From an uncultured delta proteobacterium (GTDB taxonomy: Bacteria > Desulfobacterota > Desulfobacteria > Desulfobacterales > B30-G6), in assembly GCA_963823335.1 (NCBI GenBank), contig CAWGLD010000001.1:1024001-1088000 (forward strand): a stretch of 64,000 nt of DNA, given 5' to 3'. Both the position numbers and the translations under genes were made by a program. Below, piece after piece: positions 30,640 through 39,420 of this stretch; within the stretch, counting starts at the first letter, position 1, and each line of letters starts with the position of its first letter. The notes below the pieces were generated by a model, which ran no database searches, was not told where the DNA came from, and worked only from the letters and a program-made list of their open reading frames with translations.

Positions 30640-31930
30640 AACAGCCTGGATTTGTAACGATTGTCATAAATTTTCATGCCCAAACGCGCACAACGAAGCA
30701 TGAAACATAAATTTATATTGAAATGCCATAGCTATCCTCTAAAAAATGGAGCATGAAAATTTATCAAATGAAGGAGGATAGCTATGACACAGAAAAACAG
30801 CAGCAAAATTATTTCCGTTGTACACCCTATTTGTTGCGGGTTAGATGTCCACAAGGACATGGTTTCAGCCTGCATCATCATTACAGAGTCTGGTGGTGAA
30901 GAGACCTTTGTAATTCAAGAATTTTCAACCTTCACCGATGATCTTTTTAAACTCAAATCATGGTTGCACTATCGTCGCTATGGAAAGCACCAGTGTCTAC
31001 TGGAGGCCTGTGCATAACGTACTTGAAGATACGCTTCAGATCATTTTGGTCAATGCCAGGCATGTAAAAAATGTGCCTGGAAGAAAAACAGATATTTCAG
31101 ACAGCATGTGGCTGGCAAGTCTTCTACGTATCGGCGTTTTGAAAGCAAGTTTTATCCCTGAAAAGCACATTCGGCAACTAAGAGAACTGGTAACACTTCG
31201 TAAATCTTATATAAAGACGTTAGCCGACTACAAAAGACGAGTGCACAAATTGTTCGAAACTGCCAATATCAAGATAAGCTCCGTCGTATCCAACTTGTTT
31301 GGCAATACCGGACGCAATCTAATGAATAAGCTAATCGATACGGATATTGAAATAACAATTGGACATGTCGAAGAATGTGCCGAGGGAAGGCTCCTACTAT
31401 AAAGACAAGTATCATCGTCTTAAATCCAGGCGGGGGGCCAAAAGAGCCATTGTCGCCATAGCCCATCGAATCACCAAAGCAGTTTATCATATCATTAAAT
31501 ATGGAAAATCGTTTGTCGATCTTGGCGAAGCGTATCTTATGTCAAAGAGCAAAGAAAAACGAATAAAAGCGCTAAAATCAAGAGCCAAGTATCTTGGCTT
31601 TAACCTGGTGCCGTTAGAGGCGAAGTGAAACCGTATTTTAAGGTCGATACATAAGTGAAGCCCGTGAGCGCGACATAAATATGATCGGTCAGCCAGGTGA
31701 ACAACAAATTGTCGGCGAAGACCACGTAAATGAAACTACGAAGACACAAGGCTGACACTACGGTTTCATTATGGTTTATTTATTCACATTAGAAACTCCG
31801 CAAAGCCAATGATGCTGATTGGATCAAAAGAACCTCGACCTGGTACAAATGCGTTGCCAGTTGAGGCCTGTTTCTAATGAACATATATCAGTTAAATAAA
31901 GTGAGGTTTCCAATTTATACGGAGACAAAT
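30640..31930 (+). mobile_element. Degenerate IS110 element (ends approximate)
   Basis: Transposase remnant flanked by inverted-repeat-rich non-coding DNA on both sides. The exact termini cannot be determined from one copy. Confidence 0.6.
30784..31628 (+). pseudogene. IS110 family transposase, frameshifted and internally deleted
   Basis: Three frames carry CCGLDVHKD, then AMESTSVYW..NARHVKNVPGRKTDISDS, then YY..KYHRLKSRRGAKRAIVAIAH. Frame breaks near 30965 and 31390; the central Transposase_20 region is missing. Confidence 0.93.
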
Positions 31931-31970
31931 CGTAACCAGGTTTATTCCCCGGCAGTGAGTGGATGGCATA

Positions 31971-31997
31971 TTGACATCACGTGCAACATACTATAAT
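31971..31997 (+). promoter_or_regulatory. Sigma70-like promoter for the methyltransferase operon
   Basis: Perfect TTGACA and TATAAT boxes, but the spacer is only 15 nt. Confidence 0.4.
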
Positions 31998-32047
31998 TCG
32001 CTTTATGGATTTAATTTACTCGATCGGGTTAACAGAAGGGACGTTGA

Positions 32048-32854
32048 ATGAGCACTGATGATTATTTTATGGAGAGCGAAGAAGAAGCCAAGCGTCTTGA
32101 CCTAAAGACGGATCCGACGGTAGTAGACAGGCATGCCCGGTGGGCAGGCCTTCAGCCGGGTATGCGTGTGGCCGACCTGGGCTGTGGATCTGGAAAGACA
32201 ACTTTATGTCTCAGTAAAATATCCGGGGCAAAGGGTGAAACCGTCGGCATTGATAACGCCAACCAGCGAATTGAATTTGCAAAAAAGCATTATTCCGCAG
32301 AGAAAATTGATTTTGTACTGGCAGATATTCGCTCCGAGTTAAGCCACCTGGGAAAATTTGACTTTGTCTGGGTTCGATTTGTTATGGAATACTATGGATC
32401 TTCAGCATATGAGATTGTTCAAAATATCAGCAAAATTCTTAAACCGGGGGGAATATTGTGTCTTATCGACCTCGATTATAACTGTCTGACCCATTTCGGC
32501 CTGCCAAAAAGACTTGAATCCGCCATACAGGGAATCAAGCGGACACTGGAAAGAAAAGCGGATTTTGATCCATATGCCGGCCGTAAGCTCTATTCATATC
32601 TTTACGACATGGAATATGAAAATATCGATATGACCATAGAGGCGCATCATTTGATTTTTGGAGAGTTGAACGAAGTGGACGCGTTTAACTGGACCAAAAA
32701 AGTTGAAGTGGGTGGAAAACTGTCAGGCTATCCATTCGACGATTATGAAGGCGGCTATGAAGAGTTCTTTGAAGAGTTTAAAAGAATTTTTTCACATCCA
32801 AGAAGATTTACCTACACACCGATTATCCTGTGCAGAGGCAAGAAACCTTATTGA
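32048..32854 (+). CDS. Class I SAM-dependent methyltransferase
   Basis: EAKRL, VADLGCGSG, GIDN, FDFVWVRFV and LKPGG motifs. Confidence 0.92.
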   Translation: MSTDDYFMESEEEAKRLDLKTDPTVVDRHARWAGLQPGMRVADLGCGSGKTTLCLSKISGAKGETVGIDNANQRIEFAKKHYSAEKIDFVLADIRSELSHLGKFDFVWVRFVMEYYGSSAYEIVQNISKILKPGGILCLIDLDYNCLTHFGLPKRLESAIQGIKRTLERKADFDPYAGRKLYSYLYDMEYENIDMTIEAHHLIFGELNEVDAFNWTKKVEVGGKLSGYPFDDYEGGYEEFFEEFKRIFSHPRRFTYTPIILCRGKKPY

Positions 32855-32855
32855 T

Positions 32856-34208
32856 ATGAAAAAACTTTTATTGATCAACCCGGTTGGCCGGAAAAGTGGC
32901 TATCTAATGAGCAGGTTTTCAACCTTTTCGCCCCTGGGGCTAGCGTATGTTGCTGCGGTTACTCCTGGCAACTGGGATGTTAAAATAGCGGATGAAAACT
33001 TCCAGCCATTCGAATTTGAAGAGGCTGACCTGGTGGCCATAACGGCCTTTACCAGTAACGTCAACAGGGCATATGAAATCGCCGGAATGTATCGGGACTG
33101 CGGAACAAAAGTGATCATGGGCGGCATCCACGCCTCCATGCTTCCCGATGAAGTGATGATGTTTGCAGATGCGGTTATCGTCGGAGAGGTGGAGGACATC
33201 TGGAAGGATGTCCTGAAAGACTTTGAAGAGAATAAGCTTGCTAAAAAATACATTGGGCCGAGAGTCGATCTGGAAAACTATGATATTGTTCCCCGAAGAG
33301 ATCTGCTCAATCCTGGCTATATGTGGCAATCGGTTCAAACCTCACGGGGCTGTCCTTTCAATTGCCATTTTTGTTCTGTGTCAAGATATCTTGGCAAAAC
33401 TTATCGTTGTCGCAAGGCTGAAGATGTTCTGAAAGAACTCAGCAGTATTGAAAAGCGTCATATCGCCTTTGTAGATGATAACCTCATTGGTTATAGCCCG
33501 GAGAGCGTCCGGCGAGCTAAAAAATTGTTTCAAGGCATGATAGATCAAAACCTGCAAAAAAAATGGTGGATGCAGACATCCATCAATGCCGCAGATGACG
33601 AAGAAATTGTCGAACTTGCGGCCAGAGCGGGATGCATGTTTGTTTTTATCGGTTTCGAAGCGATCAGTTTGACATCACTAAAAGAAATGAAAAAGGGTAT
33701 CAATGTCAAAACCGGTGTGGAAAACTACAGGCGCGTGGTGGATACGTTTCATAAATATGGTATCGGGGTGTTCGGTGCCTTCATCATCGGGAACGAGTTT
33801 GAAACAAAAGAATACTATAGGGAGCTGGCTGATTACCTGGTTCATTCCAGGATAGACATGTTTCAGATAAGCATTCTTACACCGTTGCCCGGAACCGATT
33901 TGATGAAGGAAATCACCACCTGTGATGGGCTGATTTATAAAGAGTTTCCCCAGGATTGGGATAAATACAGGTTTTCCTACGTGGTATACAAGCCTAAAGA
34001 GATCGACCTGGAAACAATATACACTGCAGACAACTATATCAAAACCAAGCTGTACTCTTTTCCAGCCTATCCGATTCGGTTGCTGAGGGCGCTCATCAGT
34101 CTGCGTCGCCTGAAAAGGGTCTATGCCATATACAAGTTTAATCAGGCGCTCAAACTCAGTTGGCAAAACGCCCATTATTATGATAAGTATCCGAAAGATA
34201 TCATCTAA
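32856..34208 (+). CDS. Cobalamin-binding radical SAM protein
   Basis: PLGLAYVAA and GGIHAS..P.E (B12 domain), SRGCPFNCHFC, FVDDN, GFE and LTPLPGT. The start lies 1 nt after the methyltransferase stop. Confidence 0.93.
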   Translation: MKKLLLINPVGRKSGYLMSRFSTFSPLGLAYVAAVTPGNWDVKIADENFQPFEFEEADLVAITAFTSNVNRAYEIAGMYRDCGTKVIMGGIHASMLPDEVMMFADAVIVGEVEDIWKDVLKDFEENKLAKKYIGPRVDLENYDIVPRRDLLNPGYMWQSVQTSRGCPFNCHFCSVSRYLGKTYRCRKAEDVLKELSSIEKRHIAFVDDNLIGYSPESVRRAKKLFQGMIDQNLQKKWWMQTSINAADDEEIVELAARAGCMFVFIGFEAISLTSLKEMKKGINVKTGVENYRRVVDTFHKYGIGVFGAFIIGNEFETKEYYRELADYLVHSRIDMFQISILTPLPGTDLMKEITTCDGLIYKEFPQDWDKYRFSYVVYKPKEIDLETIYTADNYIKTKLYSFPAYPIRLLRALISLRRLKRVYAIYKFNQALKLSWQNAHYYDKYPKDII

Positions 34209-36175
34209 GCAGAAGTTTTTTGTTGTAGCGATGGGGCAAGAGGGGGCTCTTTTGACTTGTTTGCCGGTCCATTAAAATATCTGAAGAATGCATCAACAAT
34301 TTCTTCCTCAAAATGCAGGCCGCTTTCTTCCTGGAGTAACCTTGTGGCTTTTTCTATGGGCATGGGATTTCGATAATGTCTTTTGGCCGTGATCGCTTCA
34401 AAAAAATCTGCAACAGCGATAATTTTTGCCCCTAATGGGATCTTGTCTCCTCTCAGCCCATTGGGATACCCGCTACCGTCTATTTTTTCGTGATGTGATC
34501 CTGCAATGTCCGGTACCTGGCTGAATATTCCTTCAAAATGAACCCGTTCCAGTATACTCCTGGTTTTTTCTGAGTGGGTTTTTATCACCTCAAATTCTTC
34601 TGGTGTTAACTTTCGGGGCTTTTTCAGCAACGAGTCAGGAACGCCGATCTTTCCATAATCGTGGAGCAGTGCTGCTACCTGAATCATCTCTCGATAGTCT
34701 TTATCGAGGTTCAGCTCATCGCAGATGCCGAGTGAAAATTCGGTGACCCTTTCAGAATGTCCTGCAGTCAGGGGGTCGCGTGCATCGATACTGGCCGCTA
34801 GCGTCGCCAGTATTGATCTGAACTGACGTTCTTTTGCTTCAAGGAGTTCTGCATTACGGATGCAGATACCCAGAATCGATGCAACACCGATAATCAGGCT
34901 GATATCACTTTGAATCAAGGGTCTTTTAGACGTCAAGTTATCAACGGCCAGAACGCCCAGAGATTCATTGTCACAGATGATCGGACAGCAAACAAAAGAT
35001 TTGGATCCCAGTAACTTTGCAAACGACAGGCTGCGAGGAGAGAGGGTTTCCTCGATTTCATCAATATCATTTACTAAAAAAGGCTTTTTTTCATGAAACG
35101 ATACAACAAAAACACCCTTTGACTCAGGGTTGTTTAGATGAAAGGCAGCATTTTTTATTATTTTATACTGCTCAGGGGAATAACCGAACCCAGCCTTGAA
35201 TTGTAACCTGGTTTTGTCAGCACTTGCCAGGAGAATAATTCCCCTGTCATAATCCAAACGGTTTTCTGATATTCTAATAATATTGGTCAGGATATCTTCT
35301 TTTCTGGTGTACTTGCTGATGGCAAGCCCAATTTCGTTTGTCATCAAGGCATTGTTATAATTTATTTCAATGTTTTCAATCATCTGATCGCTGAGATCTC
35401 TCAAATGATTGAGGCTTTTCAACATTTCAAGTTTTTCAGTTCGGTCACTTATGGATGTAAGCAAGAAGACAAGAAAAACGGAGATAGGTAATATTGCAGA
35501 AAGTGTAAAAATGGGATCGATGAATATAGACACTGCTACAATGATAGCGAAGAATAAAAGGGCATAATTTCGAAGTCTTTTCCAGATATCCGAGAATGAT
35601 TTTTCCCAGGTGACCACATATCTACAGGTGGCCCCCCCTCGAAACACGCATTCAGGATGGTCGATGTCGGGGAGCTTTTTTGTGAAAATCATTGTTATTG
35701 CTTCAAAAAGGCCTTTTCGATTTTCACACTGGAAGGGGTTTTCCTGAACACCCTCCAGAGGGGTAACACAGATTTCAACTTTATTATAGGCTATCTTTTT
35801 TGATTCATAGGTGGTTGATTTTGTGAATTTTTCTGCGGCTTTACCTGCAAACTCGTAGGCTTTTGAATGGCTAATCATTCCGAGAACATATTTTTGGATA
35901 GTACCAAGCGACTCAGGTGACGCAGTAAATCTTCCAGCTTCTCTGGCAATATTTTCATTATTCGTTACTTGGGAAAGCTTTTCATGAAAAAGATTTATCT
36001 GTTGTTGGGTGAACCAATGACCTTCATCCGCAACTTGATAAGGGGTCATGTTTGCTGCATTTAACAATTGTGCTATATTTACTGATGGATAGTTTTTTTT
36101 TATTAACTTAATATAATTGTCAATAATTCTACTATTATAAAGAGGAACATCAGTTTTGGTTTTATTTTTAGCCAT
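34205..36175 (-). CDS. HD-GYP phosphodiesterase with a V4R-like N-terminus, two TMs and a GAF domain
   Basis: RDPLTAGHSERV, LLHDYGK, HHEKIDGSGYP, a GAF domain (CPII..ESLGVLAVDN) and an N-terminal C..G.FEA...HPEC..RG...CRY..W motif. Confidence 0.9.
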   Translation of the reverse strand: MAKNKTKTDVPLYNSRIIDNYIKLIKKNYPSVNIAQLLNAANMTPYQVADEGHWFTQQQINLFHEKLSQVTNNENIAREAGRFTASPESLGTIQKYVLGMISHSKAYEFAGKAAEKFTKSTTYESKKIAYNKVEICVTPLEGVQENPFQCENRKGLFEAITMIFTKKLPDIDHPECVFRGGATCRYVVTWEKSFSDIWKRLRNYALLFFAIIVAVSIFIDPIFTLSAILPISVFLVFLLTSISDRTEKLEMLKSLNHLRDLSDQMIENIEINYNNALMTNEIGLAISKYTRKEDILTNIIRISENRLDYDRGIILLASADKTRLQFKAGFGYSPEQYKIIKNAAFHLNNPESKGVFVVSFHEKKPFLVNDIDEIEETLSPRSLSFAKLLGSKSFVCCPIICDNESLGVLAVDNLTSKRPLIQSDISLIIGVASILGICIRNAELLEAKERQFRSILATLAASIDARDPLTAGHSERVTEFSLGICDELNLDKDYREMIQVAALLHDYGKIGVPDSLLKKPRKLTPEEFEVIKTHSEKTRSILERVHFEGIFSQVPDIAGSHHEKIDGSGYPNGLRGDKIPLGAKIIAVADFFEAITAKRHYRNPMPIEKATRLLQEESGLHFEEEIVDAFFRYFNGPANKSKEPPLAPSLQQKTSA

Positions 36176-36192
36176 TATTATTTGAACATTAT

Positions 36193-38265
36193 TTAATGTT
36201 GAATAAATTTTAATAGTCTATTGAGATATTTAAAATAATTGTCAGTATTGTTCATGTTCAAAACCCATAGATTGTAAATTCTTTCAAATGGAATCTGCTC
36301 TTTTTCCATGTATTCAACTGGGTATACCATTACTGGAGCGTTCTCCATTTTAAATTTTTCAGAAATTATCCTAATAATTGAATGTATTATATCAGATGGC
36401 AGATTATCAGGATCAACTACATATGCTGTAATATTATTTGTCAGGTCTGATAGATTTAAACCTTTATCTGATAGATTGACAATAAAAATGGCTTTTAACA
36501 TACCGTTATTTTTTAGTGAAAAAAGAAATCGCTCTCTTTTCAAGCCTATTTTTTTATATTCATCAGAAAGTTCATTCATCATAAATGTAATAGGTGAAAG
36601 ATCGAGCGCTTTTAGCATCAGGCCATCTGATTTATAATTATAGTAGATATTAAGTTCCTCTAAATCCTCTTTAATACTATCAGATAGCTCCCAATCCCAA
36701 GGAATAACGTTATTTTTTTTATATTCATCAGATAAGTAAAAATAAGCAAAAGGATCAAGAGAGCACGCTTTTGGATTATTTATATTTCTATATGCCCCGC
36801 CAAACACACGGTTTGGAAATTTATTTGTATCTCGAAAATAGCAAAAAAGAAAATCCATTTTTGCAGAATGTAACCTATGAGAATTATTGAAAAAAAGTCC
36901 TATCTGATTGAGCACAGATAAACCACCAGTCTTAAATGATGAGCGTCTAGCGGCGTGATGATGGATGAGCCATGAATTTTCATAAAACCTGATTGAAGAC
37001 ATATGGGCCTGTATGAGGTCTTGTGTTTTATAAATAAAATGTCGTGCTATATCAGGGCGTTGAGTGTATAGAATCTTGTAGGTCTTTAAAATGTCTGATT
37101 TATTTTGATGGATATGTCCAAATTTTTTTGGGTAAAGAAAACCAGATTCGAAAAAAAAGTCCCAAAGTTTGTCGATTTCTATTTCATTGCTGATAAATGA
37201 GTTTTTATCACTTTTCTGGTGAAGCAATCCTATAATAGTTTCATGGTAATTTAATGTGATATCAATTATTACAATCCCACATTTTGACATGTCTCCCGAG
37301 TCTGATGATTCAAGCTTTTTTCGGTAAACCACCTGGGCTTTGAAATGTATCTTGAAGCTGTTGGCAATGAGCATTTCAACATCAGGGAGAATTATGCCCG
37401 GCAGGAGAACGCTCGTGTTTTCGGTTTCTTCGACAGAAAAACCCGAGCCTGAAAGATCAACGACTTTAAAGTCATGCACTTTGCCGGTTAATGGGTGTGT
37501 GAAACGGATGGTAGGGGCTGGGGTGATATCTTCGCGGGAGCTTCGGAACCTTTTTTTCTTAAAGCGCTTTACATTATGACTTGTGGGTTCAAGCAGAAAA
37601 TCGATGGTGCTTCCGTTCGATGTCTCCTTAATAATTTTACATTCACCAGAATAGAGGGTTTCTTCTTCACTGGTCAGGAGAATATTGACGGTGACATTCG
37701 GGTTGAGCCATTGTGATGTCTGGGGAGGCTCCAGTCTGGTTTTGACACTGAATTCGGTTGCACAAAAATCGATGAGTGTACCGTCAAAGATAACGCTGTT
37801 TTGAAACATTTGTGCTCTGATGCCATGGCAGGACACGCGCAGACTTTTCTTCGATATCATTTGAGAATATATCTCGGGGATTCGAAAATGGATGAACTCC
37901 TCGTTAAGGTCTACCAGCTCCAGGCGCAGTTCCAAATCCCAGCGCCTATCTTTCAACAGGATGCTTTCAAATTCATATGTCCTGAGCCGGGTCTTTAGTT
38001 TTGATGTATCCATCCACGTGCAGAGCAGGTCTTCTCCCATGCTGGGTTGGGGTTTTGCCGGGCATGCAAAGACATGTCCGAATTTTTTATGTCTGAAATT
38101 TATCAGGATAGTTTCATCTTGAAAGTTGATGAAATTCAGTTTATTGACGAGTTGTTGTCTGCTTATCTTTTGGGGCGTTGTATGTTCTGGCTTTTTATTG
38201 AGGCCGTTTTCAGGAATCCTGACCGGGCAGGCGACATCACCCGATTTTATCAGTTGATAGCTCAT
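36193..38265 (-). CDS. PilZ domain protein (two PilZ-like repeats + C-terminal GNAT-like domain)
   Basis: RFRSSR...DLSGSG (DxSxxG) and an earlier degenerate repeat (KKSLR...DFCATE). The fold of the ~330-aa C-terminal domain is inferred. Confidence 0.75.
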   Translation of the reverse strand: MSYQLIKSGDVACPVRIPENGLNKKPEHTTPQKISRQQLVNKLNFINFQDETILINFRHKKFGHVFACPAKPQPSMGEDLLCTWMDTSKLKTRLRTYEFESILLKDRRWDLELRLELVDLNEEFIHFRIPEIYSQMISKKSLRVSCHGIRAQMFQNSVIFDGTLIDFCATEFSVKTRLEPPQTSQWLNPNVTVNILLTSEEETLYSGECKIIKETSNGSTIDFLLEPTSHNVKRFKKKRFRSSREDITPAPTIRFTHPLTGKVHDFKVVDLSGSGFSVEETENTSVLLPGIILPDVEMLIANSFKIHFKAQVVYRKKLESSDSGDMSKCGIVIIDITLNYHETIIGLLHQKSDKNSFISNEIEIDKLWDFFFESGFLYPKKFGHIHQNKSDILKTYKILYTQRPDIARHFIYKTQDLIQAHMSSIRFYENSWLIHHHAARRSSFKTGGLSVLNQIGLFFNNSHRLHSAKMDFLFCYFRDTNKFPNRVFGGAYRNINNPKACSLDPFAYFYLSDEYKKNNVIPWDWELSDSIKEDLEELNIYYNYKSDGLMLKALDLSPITFMMNELSDEYKKIGLKRERFLFSLKNNGMLKAIFIVNLSDKGLNLSDLTNNITAYVVDPDNLPSDIIHSIIRIISEKFKMENAPVMVYPVEYMEKEQIPFERIYNLWVLNMNNTDNYFKYLNRLLKFIQH

Positions 38266-38595
38266 ACTTGTTGCAACCTCACTAGTTAAAAGACATCAAG
38301 CATTCTGTTGACGCAGCCGGAAGGCTGCGGCTATTATGTTTCATCAAATAGATTGAATGATTTTTCAAGTCCCACGATCGGGGATATTTAACACGGATAA
38401 AGAGATTATACAAGAAAAGATAGCTGTTTATCGCTTGGCCCATTTGATTGAATCCGCGGAATTCATCGGTATTTTTCTAAAAAGCTTGAACACTTCTAAA
38501 AGTTAGACATCATCAGGTGAATACCAGACAGCTGGATAATTTTGGGGATTCATTTTGCCGGCGCGAACATAACGCTGAATAAACAGGAGGTCGTC

Positions 38596-39417
38596 ATGTG
38601 TATGCTTTCACATTTTTTCATGGTTCTGATTCTTGCCGCTTCAATGATCTTTTTTCCAAACACATTGACGACTGCCCATGCTGATGACCCTAAAGCACGT
38701 GAGATAATGGAAAAAGTAGATGCGCGGGAGGATGGAGACAATCAGACAGCGGACATGGAGATGGTCTTGATAGATAAAGGAGGGAAGGAGCGCTTCCGTG
38801 TGATCAGAACCTTCAGCAAAGATATGAATGAAGACACTTTTCGGCTGATGTTTTTTAGTTCGCCCGCGGATGTCAAACACACCGGATTTTTGACCTATGA
38901 TTATGATGACCCCGAAAGAGATGATGAACAGTGGCTTTACCTGCCCGCTCTGAAAAAAACAAAGCGAATAGCATCGAGCGATAAGAGCGGATCTTTCATG
39001 GGTTCGGATTTAAACTATTCCGACATGACGTCAAGGAATCTCGAGGATTATAATTTTACAATGAAAGATGAACTGGATGTCAATGGTCATCCTGCCTGGC
39101 TCATTGAATCTATTCCCCGAACAAAAAAAGTGGTTAAGGAAACGGGTTATTCCAAATCACTTCTTTTTATACGCCAGGACAATTTTTATGTTATTCGGGC
39201 GATTCACTGGGTCGACGATGGTGGATATTTAAAATATGTGGACGTTAAGAGTCTGGAACAGATCGATGGCATCTGGATTGGTACTGAAATGCATGTTTTC
39301 AAGAAAAAGGGCAAATCGGTCGTTCACAGAACAGAATTAAGATGGAAAAACATCCAATTCAACCAAAACTTAGAGGAGGAACTGTTTACAATTCGACGAC
39401 TTGAAAAAGGTCTTTAA
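38596..39417 (+). CDS. Outer membrane lipoprotein-sorting (LolA-like) protein
   Basis: Signal peptide, F..PADVK.TGFL, QWLYLPALKK.KRI and SFMGSD..YSD. AGGAGG RBS. Confidence 0.9.
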   Translation: MCMLSHFFMVLILAASMIFFPNTLTTAHADDPKAREIMEKVDAREDGDNQTADMEMVLIDKGGKERFRVIRTFSKDMNEDTFRLMFFSSPADVKHTGFLTYDYDDPERDDEQWLYLPALKKTKRIASSDKSGSFMGSDLNYSDMTSRNLEDYNFTMKDELDVNGHPAWLIESIPRTKKVVKETGYSKSLLFIRQDNFYVIRAIHWVDDGGYLKYVDVKSLEQIDGIWIGTEMHVFKKKGKSVVHRTELRWKNIQFNQNLEEELFTIRRLEKGL

Positions 39418-39420
39418 AGG

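Noticed and set aside
30664-30729. 21-aa minus-strand ORF (MAFQYKFMFHASLCAFGHENL) with a GAGGA RBS
   Set aside because: Its RBS and ATG are simply the mirror arm of the inverted repeat with the transposase start.
38266-38595. c-di-GMP riboswitch upstream of the PilZ gene
   Set aside because: Only a small GCAGCC/GGCTGC hairpin is present, with no GEMM signature.
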